Of a DNA stretch of 64,000 bases, positions 37,031 through 50,046 are shown in pieces. Position 1 is the stretch's first letter, and every line of letters begins with the position of its first letter. The stretch comes from Blasia pusilla. Taxonomy: Eukaryota. Under the pieces are notes generated by a model, which saw only the letters and a program-made list of their open reading frames with translations, was not told where the DNA came from and ran no database searches. The stretch lies in contig CM114271.1 in assembly GCA_050084515.1 (NCBI GenBank), positions 37,944,001 to 38,008,000 on the forward strand. Direction: 5' to 3'. The translations under genes and the position numbers were made by a program.

Positions 37031-38805
37031 CTCGTGGGTTGTTTGGCCCAGCTAGGAGGTTGTATTTTACATTAGCATGAGAAAGAGATGTCTCGGTCGA
37101 GCTCGAGTGATATCAACGGCGTCAAGTACTGATCCACCACCATGAATGTAGTCGAGATGGCGTAATCTTGGAGAGCTAGTCATGTATTTGGATTGCTCCT
37201 GCAGTTCTTCGATTAATTCTTGGGATTTTGAACAACGTGGGTGCTCCTTCAAATTCCGGAACCCGCATTTTCTCTGAAAAAACTCCCGTTAAGTAATTTA
37301 ATTTGAATTTAATGGATCACTGATTTAAAAGCATCGCAAGTTGCAATTGAAAGATGCTCGAGATGATGATCGAGGAAGAGTTAGTACCTTAATAATGTCC
37401 TTATAAGTTCGTACAACTCACCGAGGAATATGGCATGCAAAGCCGTACATACGTACACCACGGGCCAGGATACCCGATACTTACTAGCAAATTTCAAGGA
37501 TAGAAATGCTCTTGCGATCCGACGGATCACAATCAATCGGTTCAAGCGTTCCTTATTCAAAGCAATATGGATCCGTGAAATCTTTAGGAGTGACAGCTAC
37601 TGTACAATTTCACACTTTCAAAGGCGAGCAAGAAGTCAAAGAATACAAGATATAGCGGTTTCGTTTATTACAACGTCTGCATTGGATTCGTACCACAAAG
37701 CCCTCTCATTTGTAAGCAGAGATAGATTTTTTGTTTCTCTAAAGCTGCCCTTTTCCCGAAATGGAATGTCGTGGGGTGGGCAATGCTTCAAGAGAGGCAA
37801 GCACTGATATGGCTCGGCGTCATTCACTAAAGCGTATTTGCTGCATATCCACCACGCCCAAATTTCCAGGATTTGAGATATTTGCTATGTTTCCCAGGTC
37901 CACGCGTCAATACCAAGTTCCGTTTCCCGAGATCTATGGGAGCAGTCGGACAATAAGTGGTAAGAGGGCAACAAAAATTAAAATCTTCTATGGAATCTCA
38001 TGTACTCATGGGCCTCACGCCTTTTACATGAGTCACATGTGCTTCATCTAACTTGTCCCAAAAGTTATATGAGTGTCTTTAATTATAAAAATGTATTTTA
38101 TAATAAGTTTTTTTCCTAAAAAGGACAAGGACAAAGAATGAAAATAACATCCCATTGAGGAGGAAATCAAGAAATGTCCAATGGAATGAAAAAAAAATTA
38201 CATCAAGCCAACATAAGCACAAAATCAACAAACTACATTATTAATAGTATGAAACAAATTGGACAAAGGATACAAGTGGTTGGTGAAATGTGAATAAACG
38301 TCGAGATGAGCTACCCCAAAGCACTTTGTCTCAACGTATAACGGTAAATCTCATGTTCGCTGTAAGGCCACCAAATTGCATTTCCCAAAATAAATAGTGA
38401 CCATATGAGAGAAGGAGCAAGGTGATGATTCTCAAACGAGTGGTGAGCACATGTTTTCAAGAAAATATCAAAAGACACATGTAAGCTAGTGCCCAAATAA
38501 GTCCACTACAAAAGGAATAAATCCATAAGTTGCATGTCTCATACTATAACTTAACTCATGGATTCTTGTTGTAGCTTTGATCACAAAATCTAAAGTATGT
38601 GTCGCTCAACACATCAAATCACAACATGATGGAGCAACAACCACCACATCATCTAATATCTGTAATCTATCTCAAGACATAACAAGACCAACTCTTCAAC
38701 GAGAGATTCTTTGTATTGTAGAAGATAGGATAGCTGCTCTTGCCCAACGGTATATCCTTCACTACTAGCCACCGATGCTATATCGGATTCCTCTCTAATG
38801 ACATC

Positions 38806-39713
38806 CAAGGTTGCATAGAAACGGACATGTGCGGCCCGCACCCGAGCCTGCCTTGGAGCCCGCTACCTAAGCCCAATTTGACCCAGCGTGCGCCCATTGC
38901 ATGGCCCGTAGGACGGGCTCAGGGCGGGCTAGGTACGGGCTCAAGACGGGCACTCTAGGGATCGGGTGGGCAAGCATGGGCTCAACACTGATTGGGCAGG
39001 GGCCCTGGACGGGCAGGTGCGGCCTCAAGGCGGGGAGGCGCATGCTCTAGGCGGGCACGCGCGGGGGCTTTGGGCGGGCAGGTGCGGGCTCCAGGCGGAC
39101 AAGGGCGGGCTCCGTGCAGGCAATTTTGATTGGGCGCGGGCTAGGGAGGGCAGGCACGGGCTAGGGCAGGCAAGCGTGGGCTTAGGGCTGATTGGGCGGG
39201 GGCTCTGGGTGGGCAGGTGCAGGCATCTGCAAGCTTGGGGCGGGCAGGTGCCGGCTCTGGGCGCACAGGTGTGGGCTCGAGGCAGGCAGACGTGGGCTAC
39301 AGCGGGCAGACGCGGGCTCAGGGCTGATTGGGCGAGGAATCAAAGTGGGCACACGCAGATCAGAGCGGGCACGGGCTCAAGGCTGATTGGGCGAAGGCTT
39401 TGGACGGGTAGGTGCACGCTCCAAGCGGGCAAGTGCAGGCTCCAAGCGGGCAGGCGCGGGCTCAAGGGCCTCGTGCAGGCCTTGAGTCGGCACCCAGGGC
39501 GTGCAAGGTGAGTTCGAGGCTCGCACCGAGCTTGCCTCAGGCTGGTTGAGGGCCACACAACGGCTACAAGGTGTGGGCGGGCTTGGATGCGGGCTGGGGT
39601 GCGGGCCCCGAGTACCAGAGCCCGCACGGACATGTCCGTTATCCATAAGGCGGACATAAGTCCGTGGATATGAACATATCCACGGATACGTAATTTTTCC
39701 ATGTGCAACCTTG
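38806..39713. mobile_element. hAT-type MITE (long, GC-rich)
   Basis: TIRs CAAGGTTGCAT...GTGCAACCTTG; 8-bp TSD ATGACATC/ATGAAGTC. Confidence 0.8.
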
Positions 39714-40419
39714 ATGAAGTCATATATGGTCGTTCCTTCTTCACCATATACACGTCGGAGAAATTCTATATGGATACCCTAGCCTTTGCATCAATGGGCT
39801 CCATACATACACAATTTGACACACCTTTGTCAGCCATGCCCAGCTATTGTACCCACAAATGAATGCAGACTAGCTTGATGTATGTCAAAGAATGCCTTAG
39901 AGAGAATGTTGGAAAAGTTTTTTATGCAAATTCTCAAAGATATGCTCTTGAAATCGATGAAGCCCTTTGTTAATCAGCTGACTAAGAGGGAGTAGAATTG
40001 CTTGCATAGCAAGAGGAAGAAGAGCTCAGGAAGATCTCAATTATAGTTGATAAGGTTAGACAACAAAGAATTTATGATTGAAAATTACTTTAAGAAATAC
40101 AACAAACCTCTACGGGTTTGTTGTAGGTCAATTCCTCTTGTATGTCTTCCTTGCTCTTTCAACACTTTATTACCCTACTACTTCCTTCCTTTCTGATTTT
40201 ACAATCTCCTTAAGGGCATTAACAATTCATATTCTTAAGGCACTTCTTTTGATACCATATAGATCACTTCTCCCCCTTTCAATTGATTCTTATATTTCTT
40301 AAAGTAATTTTCAATCATAGATTTATCATTTTCTAATGTTATTCTCTCCATCTAAATTTATTGTAGATGGATTCCACTACTTTTATTATGGTCAATATCC
40401 TAGTACTTTCACAAGCTAA

Positions 40420-40655
40420 GGAGAGCATAATTGCCATGGGTCAGGCGCGAGAGCAGACATGATTTCCGGCACCAGTAGTGCAACAATGTGGACTTCAAGA
40501 GAGGAATGTGGCACCACGAGCTCAAGGAGCTTATGGTGAGCATGTTCCATACAGACTTGCACCATCATATGTAGCGCAACAACAGCCGCCAAGAGTTATT
40601 TGTTGGGCAAGTGATGGAGCCCACATCCAACAGGTTTGCTCCCATCAGGATAGTA
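40420..40655 (+). pseudogene. gag fragment of the DNMT/PHD retroelement family
   Basis: APSYVAQQQPPRVICWASDGAHIQQVCSHQ resembles APTYVAQQGPMWSCWTCGGAHRLRDCPQH at ~19745-19830. Confidence 0.55.
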
Positions 40656-40955
40656 CAAGGGTGTACGCGGATAAAGTCTGTGTCTCTGGACTTGTCTTTG
40701 TCCACGGACATGTCCATACGGGCCCGGATGCGGGTTCCTTGAGCCCGCATTTCGGCCTGAACTCCGCCCCGCGCACACCAAGCATTCCACCCTGGCCCGG
40801 CCAGTGCGCATCATGCCCGGCGCCCGTTTCTTGGTCAAACCCGCGTGGTGGACAAGTTGGGCCCACATCGCGCCCTCCGATTCATCGCCTTGGGCCCTAG
40901 CCTGCATACGGGCTCTAGGGCCCGCGTATAGCCCGCAATGGAGCCCACATTTCAA
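40656..40955. mobile_element. One end of a hAT-type element related to the MITE family
   Basis: Starts CAAGGGTGTACGCGGATAAAGTC with GGACATGTCC and GGGCCC subterminal motifs; the other end was not found. Confidence 0.5.
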
Positions 40956-41614
40956 TAGGATTTAATTACCTAATTATCATTAATTTTCCCTATTTATCTA
41001 ATTTTTTAGTGATATTTGGATTAGGCTCCAAATTTTGTATGGTGCCTTGATAGCTAAGGGCTTTCAGGTTACTAGGAATTTTGGAGAAATCCCTTGGGTG
41101 CCTTTTGGGGATACTTGGATATTATTTGGGATCAACTTGGATATTTGCGCTCCTTGTTGCATCCTAAAGAAACTCCAATTGACTCCACATTAGGTGAGTG
41201 TTTGTGAGTGTGGAAATCTCTTGTTTCACTAAAAATTTTGGTGATTTTGAGATTTCCGATTCTTAGATCCGAGTGTTTTGATTTGTTTCATTGGTTCTCC
41301 TCAACATATCGGGGATGTGGAGGTGATCAAGGAACCTTATCAAAACACGCCCATATCTACCTATTTCCTTTGAGTGCCCAACCCTAAACTTAGACCGATG
41401 TTCCATCATTCACGCGCCCGTACATTCTAAGCCATTTTTCTAGCATCTCGCATCATTATCTTTTCGGTATTTTCTTATCTCACCCCATACATTTCTTTCC
41501 CTTGTATTTTTAAAAGATTTTGTTATCTTCTTCATCCAAGGAAATTGTCTAGTGGGGTTGGATCATCGAGAGTGAGAGAGAATCGAAACGAGTCCAATGT
41601 TGGTGCCAAAAGGC

Positions 41615-41925
41615 CAAGGTTGCATATGGATAAAGTTCATGTCCGTGGACTTATGTCTGTCCTATGGAAGGACTTGTCCGTATGGGCCCCACCTTTCCCT
41701 TCTTTCTCATTCCCCTTACTTGCTTCGTGTTCCATAATCGCCCATTTCTTCCTCCCTCCACCTCCACTCCCTCCTCCCTTACTCCTCCTCTCATCCTTGC
41801 CTTGCCTTCCATCATGGACTAAAAGTGTGGATCCCCCCTCTTGGAACCCATGTCCATGGACATGTCCAGACTTGTTCGTCCATGGCGATCTTAAGGAAGG
41901 ACTTGTCCATTTTTGTGCAACCATT
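41615..41925. mobile_element. hAT-type MITE (~310 bp)
   Basis: TIRs CAAGGTTGCA...TGCAACCATT; TSD CAAAAGGC/CAAGAGGC; highly similar to 58590-58907. Confidence 0.85.
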
Positions 41926-42954
41926 CAAGAGGCAAAGAGCAAATTCAAGGAATGATTTCAATATGGCCGTAAGAGAGGCATGGTTAGACTGGTTTTTCTA
42001 GCTTTCTTTAGATAAGAGATGATCCTACATTTTGAGGGATATGGATGCTTTCCATGACTACACCTTGGAATTGCAGAGATTGTCCAATAGAGTGGCAAAG
42101 GCATTTAACTACGAAGTGGATGCTACGGAGGCTGATAGGGTAACTAAATTTTATGCCCAACAAGGTGTTAACCTGGAGAGAGCATATGTCAATCTCAAGA
42201 CATATAAGGATGAGAAGCAGAATGCTGCAGAGTCGGCTCTTCTAGAAAGATTCTGTGTAGAGTTAAGAAGTGTTCAACGTCTTTCAAGGAACGTAGTACT
42301 TCTCTGGGGCTGACATTGACCGTTCCATATGCAATAACATTGATTTCTGATAAGAATGTAGTAGTAGGACATGACCCGAGCGATATTGTGGGAATCAGTT
42401 TACATGGAATTATGTACCATTGTAAAATAAACCTGAACCCATGGCTTTAGGGAAGAAATGTACTATTGCATGAAGGTGTATAAGGAATCACCTCTATCTA
42501 GATCTAGAAAATTGATGATGCTCGAGAAGTTATTTGCGAGTATTTTATATCGCATTGTTGTTCGCATGGTGGGAAGGTTGATCGAGGATCCACCACGTGC
42601 CATTTTTTCATATTGGAATGGTGAACACCTTAAAAATTGGCTGCGAGTATGCCATAACTTGAAGAACGGTGTTGAACGGCGGACTGACCCTTTTCTGTAT
42701 TTGCCCAATCAATTGATCATAATTCCACTGCTTACATATTTAAACTTTGAACTGCTACCACCCAGGGTAACCACATCAAGTCCAGAGTTCTTCATACAGA
42801 ATTAACGCTTTGTTCTCTTAACCCTCTCAGTTCTTAATCTGAAAAATGACTCACACGCCCAAAATTATCCTATCTTCACTATTCTTGCATTACTATTACT
42901 CTGTTTTCTTCTTTTTCACTCACTTCTGGTCCTGAACTACTCCCTTCAACCTCT

Positions 42955-43399
42955 TGTTGGATTCTCAGCATCCACTTCTCTAAGCACCATTAATATGATC
43001 GGCCCCCTTTGTATGAGGAGAAGCCCAGATTGATGGTTCCGACTTAGACGTCGAAGGAGTCATAGTAATATGACGTAAGTGGTTTACGGAGTAGCGTTAC
43101 TAGGATTATCTAACCCTATATTGCATGAGGGTGCGGGGCACCTTGATGCGTCGCGAGGATCGGGGCATACCCCGAAATTTTTCTATTAATAGAAACAAAG
43201 AAAAGTAGGTAAAACCCCTGGTTTCCCAAGTAGTGAAATAGTCGGGAGCCGCAGCGGTAGCGCTTTCTCGTATGTCGAGTTATGTCCATTTTCAGGTTCT
43301 ATCAAAGCTCTTTTGTGAGCGCACGGACGAACTAAGCCACTTTGTATCTCTAAGTTTTGTAAAGATTTCAGTGATTTCGTCACTTTCTATTTTCTCACA
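42955..43399 (+). mobile_element. Solo LTR (tRNA-Met-primed family)
   Basis: TGTTGG...CTCACA with perfect 5-bp TSD CCTCT; homologous to 13142-13539. Confidence 0.9.
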
Positions 43400-44798
43400 C
43401 CTCTCCCAATGTTAATCTGGGAAATTCAACTAATACTTCCTTCCCCTTCTTGCTTGATACCTCTGCTACTAATTGGCACTTAAATGTAGGCAGTAATTTT
43501 ACTCCTAACATCTGCCACTGATTATTCCTAGCATTATACGTGAATGCTTCGGTTTGTAACTCAGAATACTTCAACAAAGTGTAGGAGTCACCCTCTAGAC
43601 CGTTGTTCTGGCCTCTAATGAATCCTTCAGCAATACTTGCATCCAAAACAGTAACAATCAGAACTGCCTCACCAACTAGAAAGTAAATCAGAACAGCTCT
43701 TGGCAATTGTTGATTCGTAATCTTGATCCTTTGGCTCCAAATGCGCTCTCATCTCTTGCACATGAGTAACTTAGCCTCTAGGGACAAATTTACACACACT
43801 CATCTACTCTCTTGGAGGTCTCTTCAACAATCTCCAGTCTTACATCCAACTTTTTTGTCAAGGATTTGGATCCTTGCTTCACTTCTGGCTTCTACCACGT
43901 TAATTTTATCTACTGTACGCTCCTTGCACGGTTTGCTCTTGTTCTCTGTCTGATTCTAGCAGGGTTTATGCAATTAAGCACATCTTGGGAACTTCTATCT
44001 CTCTCAATTCCTCCATCTTTGGCACTCTGGCCTCCTTGACGAGAGCATCTTGATCTCGGCACGGGCGATTCGATCCTTCTGTCAAACTCTGGGTTTCGGT
44101 CATCAATTTTGTAAACTGATTGTGGTTCCAGGCAATTGAATGACATCTCTATCACATTCTCATTCTCATTCCTCTCTTCATTGGCGCTCTGGCCTCCTTG
44201 TCGACAAGAGCTTGGTTCCGGCACCGGCGATTCGGTCCTTCTGCCAATCTCTGGAATCTTGCTACTAATTCTGTAAATTGCTTGTGGTTCTAGGCAATTA
44301 GATAGCAATTCTATCACATCCTCTTACTCAATCATGCTCATTCCATTCCCAACTCTTCATTCACAAATCTATCACATGCACATACTCAAATTCAGCAACA
44401 TTCTACTTTACTAAGTCAATTTTCTTCACAAAAAGTGCCCATGCAAGTCACTGTACTCCGCAGGAAGTTTGCCTGTTTGGTCGCCTTCGTTGAGTTTAAG
44501 CCGACTTCTCCTCTACACTTCCCAGTGATAGTGTTTCTAGGTTTACCGTGATTTCCGAGTATGTTTCCTCCTCGTTGGCTTCTCCTTTTAGGGTATATAC
44601 ATGAGTGAACAAAATGCTGAGGCTCCGTGCTCTTACTCCTCAACCTAGCTACCTACTACTACAGATAAGTTACTAACCCAAAACCTAACCCAACCGAGTT
44701 AGGGTATCCGCTAACTTTTCTCCTTTTCCATTTTTCTATCAGCGGTTATCTCGTATACGCGACTACTCAAATAATTTACGGAATAATTTAAGCTACTC

Positions 44799-45240
44799 TT
44801 GTCACTCAACAAACGACGGGTAAATCTAAGAGAGTTGGAAAAGATGAGATGTCTCGAAATAGCATCAAATGTTGTCCAGCTTGCGGTTGCCCTTCTTGGT
44901 ACCATGGAGACTGTCCACAAGCGTGGGGTTTTTCATACCGACCTCCATGCTAGGAACTTGTTCATCCATTTTGGATCCAACTCTAGCCGATACATCGGCG
45001 TTGGAGATTGGGGAAATGCCATGTGGATTGATGAAATCGTAGAGTCTCCTCATAGATGGTGGAGACTCCAGCATCTATGAGCATGAATAGAAAAATCATG
45101 TTGGGCATATAGCACGGAAGTTGATATCAGGGCCGCAGAATCTCCCTCTTAGCAAGGCCACTGAAATCTATGCCGTATGAATGATTATGAAAAATTTGAA
45201 CTATGTAACATACAACCTCTCTGTTGGGAATGCCTAAGCG
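44799..45240 (+). pseudogene. Protein kinase-like fragment
   Basis: VHKRGVFHTDLHARNL (catalytic loop HxDxxxxN) and IGVGDWGNA (DFG equivalent); followed by stops. Confidence 0.65.
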
Positions 45241-45733
45241 AACGTGAGATTTAATTATTTGGAAAGGATTCAAAAGTGGGATTAGCTCCAAATCCCTCTG
45301 ATTGCAAAAGCTTAAAGTTTCTTATTGCATATATCAGAGCAAATGCGAAAGTATTAGCTATAGACAATATAAATTCGGGATTAAGGCCAGTCACAATGGT
45401 AGAGTGATTGTAAATCCATTTGAGGATTGGATATTTTTCATGAGAATGAAAGACTTGGTTCAAAAAGTTGAATGTGTTACTATGAATTTTTGTAAATGAT
45501 TAATCTTGATTGATGTACGAATGTATCGTGTGTCATCGTATCACTATTATTGGAATATTCCTAAGTCACCTTTCTTTTTGTATTTTGGTAAAAGACAAGA
45601 TGGAGTTGCCACCTAATGAAGACCCTAGCCCTCACAAAAATAAGGACGATGGATGAGTTCTGATCGCCTTGTACATAGTGGTGCTCCTCCCTGAACCTTT
45701 CGTGGGGAGGGTGCTCCAAATAATAGCAAGGTA

Positions 45734-46442
45734 ATGTCTCGTCTCTCACAATTGGAGAGTTTAATAACAAATTCCCAAAAAAAATTTGATTTAGTCCCGG
45801 AATGCAATGTTTTGAAGGGGAAGTATGAACAACTATCTGAGGAGCACATCAGACTGAAGAGAGAGATGGAGAGGCTTTTGAACGAATCTACTGCCAGAGA
45901 TGACCTCCATAGAAGGCAAAGAGCTCTAATGGTTGACCACACATAGCAGTGGAGGAGAGCATACTAGAACATCATGGCAAGATGACAACAAGAGATGGAT
46001 GAACTGTTGCGATGGAGAGCAAGGGGTAACGTGGGAGAACTCACCCCCGAGACAATTCTACTTGAAAGAGGTTGATAGGATATTATTTCAACCTATCGAG
46101 CAATTGTGGCCTCTAGCTCTACGCGCAACATAGGACAATGTCGTAGATCCAAATGCTGCAAACTATGCCTCTATGATGTTGGCACCAACACCTCTTAATC
46201 CGAGCACACAAGTGCAAGATCTTCCAAATTGGATGAAGGCAATCATAGTAAGTGAAGGAGAGGCTCTCACACCAAACAATTGGCCAAAATGCATGATCTG
46301 CTTCAACCCCATTGTTGCAGAAGGTTGCTACATGACAAGCACATGTAAAGCTTGTTATTGGCATCCATACTATCTTCAAAAGGCCATGCTACTATCTCAC
46401 AAGTGTCCAACTTGTAGACAATCTTGGTCAGGGAGACTCTAA
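45734..46442 (+). pseudogene. Coiled-coil plus degenerate RING-finger ORF remnant
   Basis: Heptad-like KYEQLSEEHIRLKREMERL; CMICFNPI..C..CYWH..HKCPTCRQSW. Confidence 0.5.
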
Positions 46443-48039
46443 CATCTTTTCAGCATATCTTTCCGCTCTCCTGATGGCAATTCACCACCCACATATCGCA
46501 AGAAAACCCAAGAGCAAGAAAATTTCACTTTCAATTTGGGACATCGTAGCCTCCGATCAAACTATAACCCCGAAGTGAATATATATAGATGGGGTGGTTC
46601 AAGAAAAAATCCCTCGTCAGCAGAGGATTGATCGGGCAATGCGAGCATGGCTGGTCCGCTTTATGCACATGTACAATTGAGGAGAGCTCATCCACGGAAT
46701 AGTCATTGATCTCCAAATCGAGAGGCGGAAAACTTCTTCTTTGCTCCGGCGTTGAATCCAGAAGAACTTTGAGACGCCCTCAACACAACTCGATAACTTG
46801 TGCTAAACCATCATCAAAATCAAGTGGTGGATGACCTTGTTTTGAGGAGACTCGAATTGATCTTGCCACCTTTCTTATGGCAAGATATTCCTCAAAGGAC
46901 TGAAGGCGGATATCCTTGAACATACTATTATCCTCGTCGAATACAAGAGGAACTCTTTGGATTCTTCAAGAGAGAGTGGGAGATATTTCCGACACATCCA
47001 ACATAAGAAACAGATGATGGTGAAGCCGATTTTAAGTTGGAAAGGGCTATTCCTCATGGAGGTGGGACGCGCGTGACTAGAGCTAGGGGAAGAGGAGGAA
47101 GAGTTGGTGAGACGTCTGCACTGGTGTTACATATATCTGATGATGAATCAGATTAGATAGAATGAGTTCATATTTATATCTTTGTATAAGTATTGGGTTA
47201 TTCTCAATCCAGATGTTTTGGGGAGTACTTCTCATTTGTTGTAAATATATTTTCAAAAAGATTCAAAATATTCCAATAAGGAGACTTGTGAATGTGAGCT
47301 GATCACGAATGTTATCCATGAACTGAGTTCATGAAATTGATGAAAGTTTTCCCTTGGGTTATAAGTCCTAGGATAAGGTGGAGGGTACGATAATTGAAAT
47401 GTTTGTTTGATATAAATTTCAATATTTTATTTATTACTAACTCCTCAAAATTTGCTAATTCCTTAAAATAAGTGATTTTCTTTTATTTATTGAAAGATGG
47501 GGATTGGAAAAGGGATGAATTTTTTTCCAACATTCATGAAAGAAAATATATGTTTGAATTGAATTGTAAAGGAAAATAATGTATGAATTGTGTTTAGTGA
47601 CCAATATTGCATGGGATAGAATTCGAAAGGGATTTGAATGGAATAGAAAACAAAAATTATTTATTAATTCATCTTTTATTTAATACTATACTAGGTGAAT
47701 ATAAATATTGAAAATGGTAGATAAAGAAATTATTTGTGCCTCGATTCATATCTAATGGAAAGGGAAATTGAATTTTAATGGAGAAGGAATAGATTTGGTT
47801 CAAATTTTATGGAAGGGTGAATTTACTTACAAGACACGATATCATTTACATTTGAAATCAAGATTATAATTACTTACAAGAGTGAAATGTATTAACTCTT
47901 CTAAGATTTTATAGAATAGTGCAGATGGTCCCCAAGTTACATCAATCACTCTAACAAAGTCTCAACCCAAATTAAGTTGTAACTACAACTTAAAAAATGA
48001 CCTTTTGGACCCAAAGAAGTAAAAATTGGATGAAAAAAA

Positions 48040-49580
48040 ATCTTGAATTTTTCATCTTGTCCAACGTTCCAACCTTGAGCTGAAATTTCGCCCACATGAT
48101 CCCCAAGATGGATGTTCCACTCTTGCCAAGTTTCAAGCAAAATGGAGTTGTGAGCAAAACCTCATAAATTAACAAGTCCTTTTTTTACCCAAACCATCAC
48201 ACCTTCTATCGAATTAAGGTTTTTTCATTTTTCATCTTGTCCAACTTTCTAGTCTTGAGCTGAAATTTGGCCCACATGGTTCCCAAGGTGCATGTTCCAC
48301 TCTTGCCAAGCTTCAAGCAAAATGGAGTTGTGAGCAAAACCTCAAAAATTAACAAGTCCTTTTTTTACCCAAACCATCACACCTTCTATCAAAGTAAGGT
48401 TTCTTCATTTTTCATCTTGTCCAACTTTCCCATCTTGAGCTCCAAAATGGCTCACAGGGTCTCCAAGGTGCATGTTATACTCTTGCCAAGTTTGAAGAAA
48501 AATGGAGTTGGGACCACAAGCTCAAAAATTGGTAAGTCCTTTTTTGACCTGAACCATCACACCTTCCATAGAAATAAGGTTTTCTCATTTTTCATCTTAT
48601 CCACATTTCTCATCTTGAGCTGAAATGAGGCCCACATAGTCTCCAAGGTCCATCTAGTACTCTTGTTAGGTTTCAAGCAAAATGGAGTTGAGACCACAAG
48701 CTCAAAAAATTTTGAGTCTTTTCTTGACCCGAACCATCAAACTTTCCAAAGAAATAGGGTTTTTTCATTTTTCATCTTGTCCAACTGTCCCATCTTGAGC
48801 TGAAATTTGGTCCACATAGTCTCCAAGATGCAGCTAACCCTCTTGCCAAGTTTCAAGAAAAATACCATTGGGACCATAAGCTCAAAAATTGGTAAGTCCT
48901 TTTTTGACTCGAACCATCAAACCTTCTATCAAAATAAGATTTTTTTATTTTACATCTTGTCCAACTTCCCCACCTTGAGCTGAAATTTGGCCCACATTGT
49001 CCCTAAGGTGCATATTCAACTCTTGCCAAGTTTCAAGGAAAATTAAGTCGTGAGAAAAACCTCACAAATTATTAACTCCTTTTTTGACCTAAACCATCAA
49101 ACCTTGAATGAAAAGAAGGTCTTTTCATTTTTCATCTTGTCCAACTTTCCCATCTTGAGCTGAAATTCCGCCCATATGGTCCCCAAGGTACATCTACCCT
49201 CTTGCCAAGTTTCAAGAAAAATGGAGTTGTGAGCAAAACCTCACAAATTAATAACTCCCTTTTGGACCTAAACCATTAAACCTTGAATGAAAAGAAGATC
49301 TTTTCATTTTTCATGGTGTCCAAATTTTCCATCTTGAGTTGAAATTTTTCCCACATGGTCTCCAAGATGTATCTAGTAGTCCTACCAAGTTTCACCCAAA
49401 ACGGATTTGTGACCAAAACCTCAAAAATAGGTAAGTACGTTTTGGCCTCGAACCATTAAACCTCCAATGAAAAGGAGGTTTTTCATTTTTCACCATGTCC
49501 AACTTTCCCAAGTTGTTTTTGTAGCATTCTTGCAAAGTTTTGAGCAAAATGGAGTTGTGACCACGAGCTCAAAAATCATA
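48040..49580. repeat. 180-bp tandem repeat, about 8-9 copies
   Basis: TTTTCATCTTGTCCAAC recurs every ~180 bp from ~48049 to ~49490. Confidence 0.92.
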
Positions 49581-50046
49581 CTTACCAATTTGATTTTCAA
49601 TGTAAAAATCAATGCTTTATTAGGGTGAAGGTTATAAAAAGGAATGTCATAAAAATGACATTCTTACAATAGTCAACACAAAAAAATTTGCTACAACTAT
49701 ATACTAATCCATCTCACTAAACTCACTAATTACTCTTTTAGTCTAGGTCTATGGTTGGATCGGGTAGATTAAGATGTAAGCGGTAATTTGGCGACTCAAT
49801 AGTTCAAAGCCGGGTGGATCGGCGACAAGTTCCTATTGCAATTGTTTCATCATCGGAGGAAATGTATGAGCTATTCATGCCATGATTAATGGATTGAGAT
49901 TTTGGAACCATATATATGAAAACATCATTATCATTAGGCTCATCAACTAAGTCCACCGTTTCAACACTCAAAGATTGTGGAGGAGTATCCCGCACAGGTT
50001 CACTAGACTTGGTGGAATAATTCTGAACTCCTATTTGTGCAACAAT

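Noticed and set aside
38966-39753. Gly/Ala/Arg-rich ORFs (also 27263-27607 and 17320-18213)
   Set aside because: Spurious frames from GC-rich MITE subrepeats or the retroelement leader.
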